Positions 1 to 12,859 of a stretch of DNA of 64,000 bases are shown here, piece after piece. The stretch is from positions 47,554,001 through 47,618,000 of the forward strand of contig OZ038378.1 in assembly GCA_964036045.1 (NCBI GenBank), written 5' to 3'. The notes beneath the pieces were generated by a model. The model saw only the letters and a program-made list of their open reading frames with translations. It had not been told where the DNA came from and did no database searches. A program made the position numbers and the translations under genes. The stretch comes from Eutreptiella sp. 'Long Island Sound 2002'. Taxonomy: Eukaryota; Protista; Euglenida. Numbering within the stretch: position 1 is the stretch's first letter; the number at the start of each line of letters is the position of its first letter.

Positions 1-2699
1 ACTTCTTCGAGATCTCCCCCTTAGGATCATGGTGCCCGTCCCAATCAGTCTTCAACCACTTGGCCCGCTCGTCTGCTGCTGCTACCACAAACGCATCTAC
101 CTTAGTTCCCTGCATTTTAGTCGTAATCTTGAGCTTGAATCCCCCTCCGCACATCTCCTTCTGGACACCCTGTTGCACCAAACGCCCGTTCAATCACCTC
201 TTGAAGTAGGCCTCGTGCCTCTTGATCTGCTAGACGTCGGCGTTGGCTTCCCCCTCTGCAGATCGCGCGTGTGTCCTCTTCCTCTTCTGCAATGCTAGTT
301 GTTGTTGCTGCCGTTGATATCCATGGATCCTACTCATGGCCCGTCTGGGTAATTGACAAGCGGGAAGGACAGAGGGGGCTATTGGTGCACCTGAGCTGTG
401 TGATGACGTGGGGATGCCAAAGGAAGACAAAAGATACGAAGCCATTTCAAGGATACTGGGCGATGTGCAACTTGCACGTGCACGCACGCACATCAAGCAC
501 ATGCACCAGGTCCCATACTACATTTCACAAAAGACCGCTAGCTTCCGCATTTCTATGGTGATGTTTATTTGTGACAAGTTGGGTATTGATGCCTTTGGTG
601 AGGTGATTCCCGTTAGCGGACTGAAGAGAGTCCTCTACGTTCCGCGTAGAGATCGTTGTGTCACCGACATTGGGTACTGTGTGGCTCCACTGCTCCACTA
701 CATGCCGTGTTTCCAAGTGGGTGTGTTTGCTTTTGGGGATGTGGTGCAGTTTGATGCGCCGTGCCTCAAGACCATGGTGGATCATGACATGGACTACTTG
801 TGTACCAGTGAACCACCCATTTTTGATCACGAGCGCCGTTTCCCATTAGCAGTGTGTGACTCTCACATCAGCGTCTATGGTGGCCCCACCAACCGCCGAG
901 CAAAAAGCCTCCGAGAAGTGCAGGATCAATGAATTTAAGTTTCAAGCGCGGAAGTGGAAGGCACCTAAAAGTGAAGATCCGAATGAGAACCGGCGATTAA
1001 GAACCAGAAGGTTGCAGGAAGCCGTGCCTTTGCAAGGTCCGTGACTGAGAGGTTAAAGGATCACGCAACAAAAGAGGCAGCAAATGATGCAAAGACCAGT
1101 GCCATGGCAAAGGCAGCTACACACGCTGCTGATGAGGTCAAAAGGCAGGGTGCGGCACTCCAGAAACAAGATGAGCAAGTGCCCTGGTCCTGTTTGCCTA
1201 TCATCCGGTACCATTCCACACCCTCCAAGGGCAAGGGAAGGGGGAACGCCCGTCTTTACTTCGAGTGACAATACCTTTGGCAGCCGGAAGGGGTGAAGTG
1301 TACCGGCATTCCCAAGGCAAAGCCCAAGAAAAGTCCGGTACCCAGCAAAGGGGTAGTAGTAGCATTAAGCAGGAACACTTTGGGCAACTTTCCTTGCATG
1401 CCTGTGTCATCCATTTCCATGTAAGCTTTGTGACATTGTTGTTGCGTGTGCATGTCAGCCGTCTAACACAAAGATCGTTGAGTGCCTGTTACACGTGTAA
1501 CATGGGACGTCCTGCATCTATGTGCTACATTTTCTTTGGATGGATAGCGCTATCATGTGACCTGGCAACAACAACTCAAACACCACCTCCTTTGGCCTGC
1601 ACGGGCTGCTCGGCCCCGAGATGGCAGTCATTATGGCCGTGTCCACCGTGATGATGTCTCTTTGCGCAATGTCTGCCACCCCCACTCCCATTTACGGTGC
1701 CGCGACGATCACGGCGGCCGCATTTAGAAACTCCGGTTCAAGCCCCCCGATGTGTGTGTGTGTGTGTGTGAGTGTGCATGTATCAATGCATATGGACACA
1801 CGTGCATGCATGCACAGGTGGCATACAACATGCACACATTGTAGGCATTGTGCATATGCTATCCACGGGAAAAGACTACATTAAGGATGGGGGGTGACGG
1901 GACCAACTTGAAAATGGTTGCACATTTTAGACATTGTGCATACATGTAGTGGGTACAGTGTGCACATCTTGCCAAATTTTACACATGTTGTAGACACCAA
2001 GAGACCTTGTCAAGTGCTGTGTCAAGTGCCTCCCTTACAACGGGCTGCATAGGGTTAGGTTTGTTTGAGTATCGCCGCGAGCAGCCAAGCCGGTCAAAGA
2101 ACATGACTTGGCGCAGGCAATGCTACTAGCTAGGGTGATCAAACTTGGAGCGCTGTCGAACTGGCCTCCTTGCATACGGACACGTGGGCTTTTGCCGGAG
2201 GTGGTGATCAGGTGTAGCAGTTTGGAGCCAGGAGCAGGCTGGAAGAAGCGATGTAGGGAGCTCAACCGGGTGCCCTCACAGGGCCGGCCCCCAAGGAGGT
2301 TGGGTACGAGGCACATCGGGAGCTAGATGAGTTGGCCCTGGCGGGGCAGTAGTGGATAGCGGAGGAGAACAACCCGCAAGAGCAGTTTGTGCGGCAGTTG
2401 CAACCACTGCTTTTGGCCGTGCTATTGGCAAGAAAGGAGGGGGAGGAGGAGATGAGTCTCCTGTACCCGACAGACGGAAGGTGCAGCAAGATTGCTACCT
2501 CGGCTACCAGGTGCGCCTCCCGTGCGCACAGGCGCACTAGATAGATGTCGCCCTTGTAGGGGTCCTCTGTAGGGGGGTGCATATGATGCGGCACGGCCCG
2601 GAGATTTAGCCGTCTAGCCTGACCAAGCAGCTACAGTGTCCACCCCGGGGTCTCCTTGCCTAGGGCTTTTGAGCCTAGTCCGTGATACTCTTGATTTTA

Positions 2700-3500
2700 A
2701 ATGGTGCACCACGTTGTTCCATCAAACCGTCCATGCTTTGAGTGCCAAATCGCACAAGATCAGGCGCTATACAAATGTCATTTGTGGCGATCCCGCCCTC
2801 AAAGCTCAGCTCCATCGTGTGCCACCCATGGGTCATCTCTCATGGGGAGGCATTTGGGATGTGTGCCAAAGCCATCCCCTTATGGGTAACCATCTTGGCA
2901 AAGCAGCGTGCGGTGCGTGGCATAGATACTCCCCCTAGGGACTCGAAGTGGGAGGCGGATTGCCTTCCAGCCATACTGCGATGGCTTAGCGAACTCCAAT
3001 GGCTGCAGCTAGACGATAGTCTCCCACACGGACACAGCTTGCTGTTCTCATGGAAATTGTGCTCGACCTTGAGTCGCATGCGAGGAGGCCACTCCCTCCA
3101 ACCCCACAATCTTGTTTTTCAGGTCCGAGATATCCCTTCTGGAAAAGGGTTGTGTGTCCACGACCGCATTCAGCCTCCTCACCAAGGCAGCGATGGCGGA
3201 GTCAATCCCCCCGGTGGCCATGACAAATAGGTGCCGATCATCGGTCCTGCTAGGGGCTGGTACCGTGGTGGGTATCAAGGGAAGTCGCATCTTCACGAGG
3301 CCCATGGCAACATGGCGCCACATGCCAAGGGTGTGGGAATACACTTTTGACCGCAAGGCGATGCAGCGGCAGTTGTGGATAGTGTGTGAACGCCAAAAGC
3401 AACGCAAGAGCGTACAAGCGGTCAAGACCGAGAATACGGCGTGGTCACGATGGTGCTGCCCGGCACAAGGGGGAGCTAATCGGAGTATGGGCGCTTACGT
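2700..3500 (+). pseudogene. Decayed C-terminal region of a non-LTR retrotransposon ORF2
   Basis: Joining frames gives AILRWLSELQW...EIVLDLESHARRPLP...ISLLEK...CRSSVLLGA. This aligns by eye with ALVHWASALQW...ELALDFESHRNRVLP...LSLRER...CASLVPLGA at 10900-11200, the tail of the YADD-containing LINE. Confidence 0.6.
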
Positions 3501-3649
3501 GATGGATTTCTACGCACACGTAGTGATACCCACAGAAACGACGGGGCCTGCGTTACTAGGTTGAGGAACAAAGCGACCGTCCGCAAGCGCCACGGCCTTC
3601 AGCGGGGAAGGTGCTCTTCACCCCGCCACCCTTGTGTATTGAAGCCAGG

Positions 3650-4690
3650 CCCCCTCAGATTCGACTCCGGTTGCCATGACCATGGCTTTGCTCAACACGC
3701 CAACATAGACAATGTGCCGCATGTGCAGCACTGGGTAGGGCGGCGAGGCACTAATGTGCCACGGGGCATGCTAGGCACCCCCGCCGCACGATAGATACAT
3801 ATGGGGTGAACACACGTGGCAAGTGTACGCACCCCGGGGACCAAGCGGCGTAGGGCAAAGTGTCTGTAGCCGTCCGAGCTCGCAACGGTGAGCTCATGGG
3901 CCACCCGCAGGGCCGCAACCTATGGGATTATGTCGAAACGTTCGGCATGATCCAGCCTCAGGCCGGCCAGATTCCACACCGTCAACCCTGCCTACTCAAG
4001 CGGGACGGCCGTGACCCTCGCCCCGTCAATGGGCCCCGGGTACGGGCGGAAGCCATAGGTCTTGGCGCGGACCCCCGTCCCGTGCCACATCAAGTTGTCC
4101 AACAGCCGTGTCCCTACCCGCAACACGTAGATCATGGACAACACTGGCATCGGGCAGATGCTCAGGGGGCCCTTTTCGCCGGGTTTCGGGATGAGGGATG
4201 TGTATCCGTGGATGAGGACCCCCGGCTACTGGCCCCTATCAACTTCAGGAAGCAACACTCAAAAAATGACAAAGGGAACCAATCAATTCACCCCCATGGA
4301 GAAGATGATACTAATCATGTGAACCACTAAGGGACCACGGAACCACTAACACACCACAACGGCGATGACGCGAATCGTTTGAGCCACCAACAAAACCAGT
4401 CCAGGGCCCGCTCCGGCGCCGTCCAAAGGTGCTGCATACCCCACCCATTCAGCCCCATGGAGAAGGGGGACATGGCTTGTAGGCGCTTGTGCGGAAGCTC
4501 CCCCATAAGCTTGGTGGCAAGCATGGGGATTATGCACAAGTGGCGCTCCTACTTGGCCATGAAGGCCTCCAGGCACGACTCTCGGGCCTCCGCATACTTG
4601 CCGCCCATGGCGCCCCAGGCCTCCCGCAACAACCCGTCCATTTCGCGGACGTTGGTTGTCGCGCTGCCGATTCGCCGAGCCAAGAACACG
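3650..4690 (-). pseudogene. Non-LTR retrotransposon reverse transcriptase, N-terminal half, decayed
   Basis: Minus-strand translation: TTNVREMDGLLREAWG, MGLNGWGMQHL, GYTSLIPKPGEKGPLSICPMPVLSMIYVL, YGFRP, then decayed D..K.FD and QG.PLS-like blocks. This is the order of non-LTR RT domains 0-4, with several stops and frameshifts. Confidence 0.8.
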
Positions 4691-5313
4691 ACCGGTGGGG
4701 GGGGGGGGCGAAGGCATCATCCCGCAGCCAGCACTACACCACCCAAGGCCGCGTGCCCCACTCCCGGGCCAATTGGGCATGCCCCCTCCAAAAAAAAGAA
4801 AAACACAACGCCCACCCCTCCAAAGGAGAACTAACACACCCAGCCCCTCCATGCAAAAAAAAGTACCTCGACCCCCTCCCCCCCCGGAGTAGACAAAGGC
4901 AATCATACGCACCCCACCTGAGCAGCACCCCCGGCATGTATGTGCCCTCCATACACACCGTGACGTGCATTGCAACATTCACACGGGAATACCGTAGGTT
5001 TGCATTGTAGTGTGTATGTGTGTGTGTGGGGGGGGGGGGGGGGGCTCCCTTAGGCCACATTGCCCCCGTTTGTCGTAGAGTGTTGCCATCATGCCCGTAG
5101 CTGGCCCATTTTCGCAAGTCACCTCGGCCCGTCACTGGAAGGGACGGCTGTGCGACCTGGAGGCAGTGGTGGGTGCGTCGGTAGCCGAGCGCTATGAGGC
5201 CTCCCGCCGCTCCTTCTCTTCTCTGCGAACCTATGCCGCAACGTGCACGGTATGCAGTTGGCGTAGTTCCTCTCGCGCCGGTGGCCTCGGGCCCTCACCC
5301 CATCCTTCAGGCA

Positions 5314-6238
5314 CCCTTAGTACACGCTAGAAGACCCAATCTCGTTCCAGCCTAGACGCCGCTAGAGTGGCGAGAACGAACAAAAGAGGCCCCCCCCGGG
5401 GGGGGAGTTGAGGTGTCTCACTTGGACCCCCCTATCCGTACTCGGGGGCCTATAGTTTTTTTTCACAATTTCATTGTTTTCACCTGATTTTGGAGTCCAG
5501 AAAAATTTCGTTCTAGCGGCGTTCTAGCGACGCTCTAGCGAGCGCCGCTAGAACGCCGCTAGAACGGTTCGCTAGAACGCCGCTAGAACAATATATATGA
5601 ATGCTCCGCCACTCCTCAAAAAGAAGCTGCCCCGGCTACCATGGCCACCCCTGGCTACCATGCCCAGCCGTGGCCAAACACAGGGTTCCGATGCTGGACC
5701 TGACTCACAGAGCGCTGCCCCCCCCCCCCCCACCCCCCGGTTAGCCCGGTGAGCCCCCCACCGCACCCCATAGGTCACTTGGAAGGTCACTTGGCGGGCC
5801 AGCGACGGGTCACTTGGTGGTGGATTAGCCCGATTAGCCCGGTTGGCCCAATTAGCCCCCCTGCCCCTCCAGCCCCCCATTCGCGAGTTGCGACACGCAG
5901 GTTACCCCTTGTGCGTTGTGGGGGGTTGCCGGGGCTCATCATTGCTCCCGGCACCCCCCTTCTCACCCCCCGTGTCCACTTCCTTCTCACCCCCCTTGCC
6001 AGCCCCCACCTCAGCCCCCTTGTCACCCCCCTCCCCCTTGTCGCCACCCTTGTCCCCCTCGTCATCCCCGTCATCCCCGCCTAGAATGCGCCAGTGGGGA
6101 CGCGGGTGCTCTTTGTTAGTGAGGAGCGCAGCTGGCTATCGCCGTGCAAGCGTCCGGATAGGGTCCGAGAGTTGCGGCTGCCGTGACCGCCTATGCCCTT
6201 GGTACACGCTAGAAGACCCAATCTTGTTCTTGCCTAGA
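5314..6238 (+). repeat. Pair of ~43-bp direct repeats (5314-5355 and 6196-6238)
   Basis: CCCTT(A/G)GTACACGCTAGAAGACCCAATCT (29 bp, 1 mismatch) followed by a similar GTTC..GCCTAGA, at both positions. Confidence 0.85.
5509..5589. repeat. 21-bp perfect inverted repeat built from CTAG-containing units, with a second copy of the right arm
   Basis: CGTTCTAGCGGCGTTCTAGCG (5509-5529) is the reverse complement of 5546-5566. CGCTAGAACGCCGCTAGAAC recurs at 5570-5589. Confidence 0.9.
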
Positions 6239-6408
6239 ACACTCTAGCCTAGATGTTCTAGCCTAGATTCGATCAACACTAGAACGATATAAAGTCTCCC
6301 CAGATGTGCCAATTTCTTCGTTGTTCTGCTGTGCATGCTTGCTATTGTCCGTAGTGCATTGTTCCATGGTTCCTGCTCTCGCGCTTAGATATTACACATT
6401 TCTTTGCA

Positions 6409-7520
6409 ATGAAACGCCCCGCCACTTCCCCCCTTGCTCCCTCCTCAACCGGGAAGGATACTTCCCTCTTGTCTAAGGCACTACGGGACTTGAGTGGGGC
6501 TTCAAACCTCAAGGATGAGCGGGTGTGCCATTACTTGGCCACGCGGGCGCTATCATGCCCCCTAGCACGGCGGCAATTCAACAATGCCGTCCAATGTGTG
6601 AACACCGCCACGCCTACCCAAACCACGGGTGAGGCATGCAAGGCCGCCGTTGAGGCATCGCCTCCCTACTCCCCCTCACCGCCATGTGTGAACTTGAGCT
6701 CAACATGAGGGCCCCCAAGTTCTCCTGGAGGACCCTCTCGGAGCTCTAACGCTCTGTAATTTGGAGTACCACCGCACCATCCCCGGTGGCCCCTACTCCC
6801 GTCCAATTTGTACCGAGCGCGACTTTCAAGCCCGTTGGAAGGAGTTGGTCGCCCCCGTGCAATTGGATCCCCCCGTTGCCACGGTGTTGCCCAAGGCCAC
6901 CGGGATCTCATGGCCCTTCGCCTCATGGGTCACATACATCCTCTCCCGGCCGGGCTTGGTGCAGTCAATCAACTGCTCCTTCCCATTGACGTTCATCGTC
7001 CGGGAGCAGCAGCAGCAGCAACACCAGCAGCGGGGAGAGGACACCCCCCCCCCCAAGGCCGCCAAACCCAAACCCCCCCCCCCCAAGGCCCCCAAGAAAA
7101 AACCCCGCTTCGAGAGTAGCAAGGAAGATGCCCCCCCCCCCGAAGCACAGCAAACCAAGCCCAAGGCAAAGCCCGAGCCCAAGGGCAAGGGCAAGGGCAA
7201 CCCCCCCCCCCCCAACCCCAAGCCTCCCCCCTTTGCAAGAATGGGGCCAGGACCCCTATGGAAATGTGCCGGGTGTGGGGGACACCCGGTATGTCCCTCG
7301 GGCGGAGGGGGGCAATGAGGGGACCGTCAGCCAAGTGACAGTGTTGGGGGATTGGGATGAGGAGTTGGACCCGGGGGAGTGGTGGGTGGTGTCGCAGGGG
7401 TCCAATGGGGAGGGGGGGAAGAAGGGGAAGAAGAGGAAGCGGGAGAAAGAGGGGGGCACCTTCCAGGTGCCGGGGGAGCTCTTCTTCCGCACCCGGGAGG
7501 AGGCGGAGGCCCACCTCCGG
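6409..7520 (+). pseudogene. Interrupted ORF1/gag-like reading frame of unknown family
   Basis: Overlapping ORFs 6409-6708, 6761-7318 and 7128-7520 give a Pro/Lys-rich linker (PKAKPEPKGKGKG), a small C-x2-C-x2-H-x2-C cluster (CAGCGGHPVC) and a charged tail. No catalytic motif seen. Confidence 0.35.
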
Positions 7521-7549
7521 GAGGCCTTGCGGGAGGGGGAGGACGGGGA

Positions 7550-8760
7550 CGACACCCTCGGATCACACTCTACAGGGCTCGATCCTAGGGCCGCTTGGAG
7601 GCGCGCCAGCGCGGCCGTCTCAGGGGCGGTTGTCATGCGGCGCTTGCATGGACACATGTTGACGCGCCCCACACACGCCGGGTTCCCCGTGTGCGATGAA
7701 ACCCCACTAGCCGCTCGCAGAAGCGGGCTGGCCCGATCCACTTGACCCCAGTCTGTCAGGGCCGCCTCGGATGTCGCAAGCAAGGGCTTCTCCGCCACCC
7801 ACATTCAAAAGTTCCCACACTGCATCCACTCGCCGGGTAGCTTGCACGGAGTCCCACTTGCCTTGGTAACGAGACAAGAGCGCCTCGCCCAAGCGCGTAC
7901 TGCAAGTTGGGCTCCTTCTTTGAAAGCACGAAGGGGAGGTGCGGGCGGGTGGAGGGGGGGCACCCGCAGCACCTCCTGACATGTCGCCTCGAGCGCAAGG
8001 TCGAAACACACCGGCCGATGACGCGGAATCCCCTTGCTGGGGATGTGCTCCACCCGCGAGACTGTGGATGCGGTGCGGGGATGGGCTAGCATGCCATCGA
8101 TGCGCGTGGCCGTGGCCTCCTCCCCCCGCGTGTAGCCGCGCGAGCAACGCTCCTCGGAGCCCGCATACTCCGGGTCCAAGTCCACAAGCCGGCGCGTAGG
8201 GATGCATTGCCCGCGGTCCCTCCCGCTAGCGCGCGAGCGGGAAATTACAGCTGGCCCCGACGATATGCGGGGCATTTCCAAGGCTGGAGAGATGGTGTAG
8301 CACATCCTTCCACATTGCCGCATTCTTCTCGCGGTCCTCCACCACGCCGTAGACCGAGACGGCATGCGGCGCGGTGCTGCCGTCCCCCAGGGCCACCTAC
8401 ACATTGACCCATCGCGTTGAGTACCGGAGGCCCCCACCAGGAGGTCCGCCTCTCTTTTGCGGGGGAGCTTTGCTAGCTCCGCGGTGAGACCCTCGTGTAC
8501 GAGGATCGTGAGCCCACCTTGAGGGATGTTCCACATACCCCCTCCCTTTGGTATCCAGTGGACATCCCCAAACCATGCCAACCCCTGGTAACAAAAAAGT
8601 GGCGCATGGCCTCCCCCCCCCCCCGTGGAGAGTTTCGTCTGCTTCAAAAAAATGTCGTCCACCCCCCCACGACACTACTTCTACCGCATGCACGTGAAGC
8701 GAGGTGACATTGGCAACTACCATGCGCAGCGGCCCAGGGTTCTGATGGATGTCCCCACAC
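7550..8760 (-). pseudogene. APE-type endonuclease of a non-LTR retrotransposon, preceded by a 2A-like peptide
   Basis: CGDIHQNPGP (8759-8730) is followed directly by LRMVVANVTSL (APE motif I Asn), DDIFLKQTKL, GGLTILV and TRIDGML...IPRHRPVCFDL (APE C-terminal D/H region), then a linker ending ARLQAALG. There is a frameshift at the poly-C run near 8630. Confidence 0.8.
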
Positions 8761-9344
8761 ATCCCCAACCCGGTGCCACTTGCACCGCTTGGACACACCT
8801 CCGCCCCCGGCAAGCGACCGTCGCCTGTCATCCGCGGAGGCCCGGTTGGCGCAGAGTACGGGGCCATGGCGGGCGCTTTGTCACCCCCCCCCCCCCCCCA
8901 CCCTCGTCACCGCCCTGTGGGGCTATCCCGCACAGTTAACAACACCTCCGAGACCTGGCAAGACTAGACCTTAGTAGCGCTTGCCGGCCCAGCCGGAACT
9001 TAATATCATAGAGGGAGACCGGCATGGGTTAGGGGCCCTGTGGTCACTTGTGGTGCCATCAAAAGCTGGTCTGCTTTCAGTCTTGATGTTCTATATGCAT
9101 GCCTGTTTAGCGTCCGTTTGAGTCTTAGCTAGGGGCACCTTTGTGGGATGGGGCCTCAGATGACCTCTGTTCCCGCATGGCGGTGCCGTGCCCAACACTG
9201 TACCCGCATACATGCTCTTTTGGCCCGACCGGGGCACGCTACGGGCCCTTGCCGCCATGTAATGGCAGCTGCGGTGCGCCTTATGGCTGGCGGGCAGCCT
9301 GGGCGATAGGTGGCAGGCCACCAATGGCCCCCTCCTAATTTCCA

Positions 9345-11330
9345 TTTCGAAGCTAGAGCTGATGACATGTGCCACCATGTGGTGGTGGCCACCCGCCAGT
9401 TACCGCCACGCACCGTCGGGCCGCAGTTGCCGGGGATGCTGTCGGCCTTGGAGCCGCAAGGCGCAAGGGCAGCGGCTGTGTCCCCCACGGGGTATGCAGA
9501 CGACACACAGGCCGTAACGCTGGCCTTGGAGACGGACCCTATGGCAGAGGCCCGAGCGGTGATGGACCGGATAGGGGTCCGGATGGCCGACACAGGCCCA
9601 TCGGGCAACGCGGCCAAGTCCACTTCGTGGCTCCTCCGGGATCCGCCCGAGGGGGTAGCGCTGCTTACACTTGGCGGCGTGCCCATCCCGCTCTTGCGTG
9701 AGTTCAAGCAGTTGGGCGTGGGGCAGCGCTTGGGCTAGAGAAGGGGACGGGCCCCGTCCTGCGCCGTCTGGACAAGGGCGTGGCCATCATGCGCCTGATG
9801 GGATGCTTGCCCGGCTTCAGCATGCGTGAGGCGGCGCCGGGCACCCTGGCCGATTCGGTGGTCCTGTACGGGGTGGAGTTGGCGGACATTGAGGGGCGCA
9901 CCTTGTCGTCCATGGACACCGCGGCGGCCAAGGCGATGTGGGGCCCCACGCCGTGCTCTTGGGCCAAAGAAGTCCTCCTGGGCCTCTTGGCCAGGGGCTT
10001 CCATGTCTCACCCCTGTGGCACGCGCAATACCAATGCCTGCTTTGGCTCACCCGGTGGGCGTGCACGCTTGGCACCACTTCGACGCTGGTGCAGGCGGTG
10101 CTCAAATGCCGGACACGCCGCCCTCCTCGGGGCCCATGGGCAGGGCCCTGCAAGCCGCCCGCCAGCTGGGCTCGCAGCGGCGCGAGGGGTGGTGGCATTG
10201 GGATGTGCCGGGGCAGAGGACGCCCCTACGCCTGTGGAAGCGGACGATGGGCAACTACGCCACCGCGTGCACGAGAGCTAGCTGTACCGGGGGAATGGAG
10301 CGGCACCGGCCCGATACCTTCTAGGGCCTGGGCGGGGCGGTGCACCGTAAGGCGTGCTGGGTAGGCTTGCAGGTGGCCTCCACAAAGGGGGAGCACAACG
10401 TCCTCCGCAGGTTGTTGGCTGGGCCCACCTGGACGGCGAGCACAGCAGCGGGGCATGCCATCATGCATTCGGACAGCTGCCCCTTCTTCCGCGGAGCGCC
10501 GGAGACGGAGCCGCACATCCTGTGGGACCGCGCGCTCTGGGATTTGGCGTGCCAAGCGTGGATGCCTTGGGTGCTACAAGAGGCCTTTCCTAGCGTTGGC
10601 ATTGCCAGCGGCCTGTCCGGTGTGCTTAAGGGCCACGGGCCTGCTACCACTCGCCTTGGTGGGTGAAGGCGACGAGGCGTCGGCAAAGTGTTTGCTATAC
10701 CGGCTCTATGGTATGTATCTCTCCGTATTCTACCTGCCGCGCGGCGGAGGAGGCGGCACGGCTGGCCGGGGACGCGGGGGCGGGGCCCGAATTTGCGCCG
10801 GGGGTACGGGTGGGAACAACTGGCGGACGGCCCGCTGCGCTCCATCCCGGCGAGGGACGCCCTGCATGTGCTGTAGGGCTCGTTGACAAGGTGGCTGTGG
10901 GAGTGTGGCTTTGCGGAGGCCCTGGTTCACTGGGCCTCGGCGCTTCAGTGGATACCGGGCTCCGGCCAAGTCACTTATCCGGAGCTGGCCCTGGACTTTG
11001 AGTCCCACCGCAACCGGGTGCTCCCAACGAAGCTAGGCCATCGCCATGCCCGACACGTGTTGTCGCTGAGGGAGCGGGCGCACGTGCTGTGGGAGGTGGT
11101 CGACTTGCTGTAGCCCCTGCTCGTCGGCGGCACCCTGTTGGAGGGCGATTTCCGCTGGGTTTGCGCCTCCCTAGTGCCTTTGGGGGCTTTTGCAGCATGG
11201 GGCGCAGAGCGCCCGGTGTTTGCGTGCCGGCTCAACATGCGGCGGCACGTGCATCAGCTGCAGCAGCAATGCTTGGAGCTTTGGACGCGCTGATTGGCGA
11301 TCCCTGGGGCCGGGCACAAGGATTATTTTT
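9345..11330 (+). mobile_element. 3' half of a non-LTR retrotransposon ORF2 (RT YADD onward, degenerate zinc knuckle, C-terminal domain)
   Basis: GYADDTQAV (YADD at 9493-9504), GNAAKSTSW, FKQLGVGQRLG, and CPFFRGAPETEPHILWD (decayed CCHC-type knuckle, ~10470-10530). Several stops and frameshifts. Confidence 0.85.
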
Positions 11331-12859
11331 TGGCGGGGTACCTGCCGCGCCGCCCGGAAGGGGGGTGGTGGCTTATGAGATCGTGTGCGTACAGCTCCTG
11401 TGGGTGGTTGGTGCGGTCCAGCCGCACCAGCCACCAGCGGCAGACAGCCGACAGGCACCATGCTGCAAGTGCCCCGCCCATCAACATACCACAGTGCGAA
11501 CAGTGGCAGCCGCCATGGCGAGGTGTTGCACATTACTGCGCACGGGGCCACCTGGGGCATCCGGCGGTAGTGGCAGGCGGCGGCGGCCTCGTCAAGGGTC
11601 GTGCGGGCGTGGTTGGCGCCCCCGGAGCCACTGGTGAAGCGCCCCTTCGTGGCGCCGTCACCGATGGGGGCGGGCCGCCGCCAACGGCCGGACTGCCACG
11701 ATGAGCCCGCCAGCTCGGCGCGGCCGGGTACAGCGCACTCTGCCCTGGGTGGGGAGTGCCCCCCCCCCCCCCCCCCACTGGCCATAGCGGGCGCCCCAGT
11801 GGAGCGGGGGGGTGGGCGCCCGATACAGGCGGAGAGCCTCAGTGGATAGGTGCTGATGGGTCCGGGAGGGTAGCTGAGCCCCTTCCCCCCCCCCCCCCCA
11901 GCGCCAGCGCCCCCGGTGACGGCGCCAGCCCCCACGGCGGCGGTGGGAGACATACGCCTCCCCATATGCAACGCTTTTTCCACGATTTCGCGCGCGCAGA
12001 CCGAGTCACAGGCGCCTCCGCCCCCCCCCCCCCCCCCCGTGCCGCACGGGAAAAGGGGAGGGCAGGGCGACAGGTGATGCACAGGGCGGCGCCCCCCCCC
12101 CCCCCCGCCACTTCTACCCCCACCTCCTCCTTCGCCTGTGCAGGAGGTTGCGGAGGTGAAGCCCGCGTGCGGCATGGGCATGGGCGCACCGGCGCTAGCC
12201 GGCGACGCGCTGCGGCGCCCGTCAGCTATGACCCCCACCCGCCCTTGCCACTGCCGGCGCAGTCGGCAGGGCCGAGCAGGGTGGGGCAACGGCACCCTAT
12301 GTAGAACCTGTGCAATGCGCACGGGTTCCCGCGTGCAAGTTGTGCCGGGGGCACAAGTGGGTGCAGCATTGTTGTCCTCGGCACCACGAGGGGCACCCTC
12401 GGCTGGTGCCAGCGGCGGGTGGTGTGCAACAGCGCACGCTCTTCGGGATGGGAGGCGTGTGTGCGCCCTGCCCTCCCCCCAAGCGGGGGGGGGGGGGTGA
12501 CGAGGAGGAGGAGGCCTCACAGAGGTCGGGAGCCGCCCCAGCGCCCACAGGGCGTTCTGGGAGCCTGAGACGAGGCCATGGGAGGGCAGAGGGGGCAGAG
12601 GGGGCAGATACCTGACCCTGGGCGCCCAGTCCTTCGTCGCACCGCAACACCAGGGGTGGGCGGCAAGGGGGGGGGGGGGAACCAGTCCTTGACCCATAAC
12701 CCCCTCGCTTAACCCGTTGCGCAGCGTCCAGAACTCTAATGGGCCTTTGCCCTCTGCAGTATTGTTCTTCCTCATACACACACACACACACACGCACATA
12801 TGTGTAGACAACCCATGTACATATGTGTTTGTGTGTGGATATGCACATAGGGCCGCGTT

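Noticed and set aside
1-1270. Protein-like open frames (minus 1-330; plus 1041-1268 with KGKGRG)
   Set aside because: Probably TE ORF debris, but no diagnostic motif supports a call.
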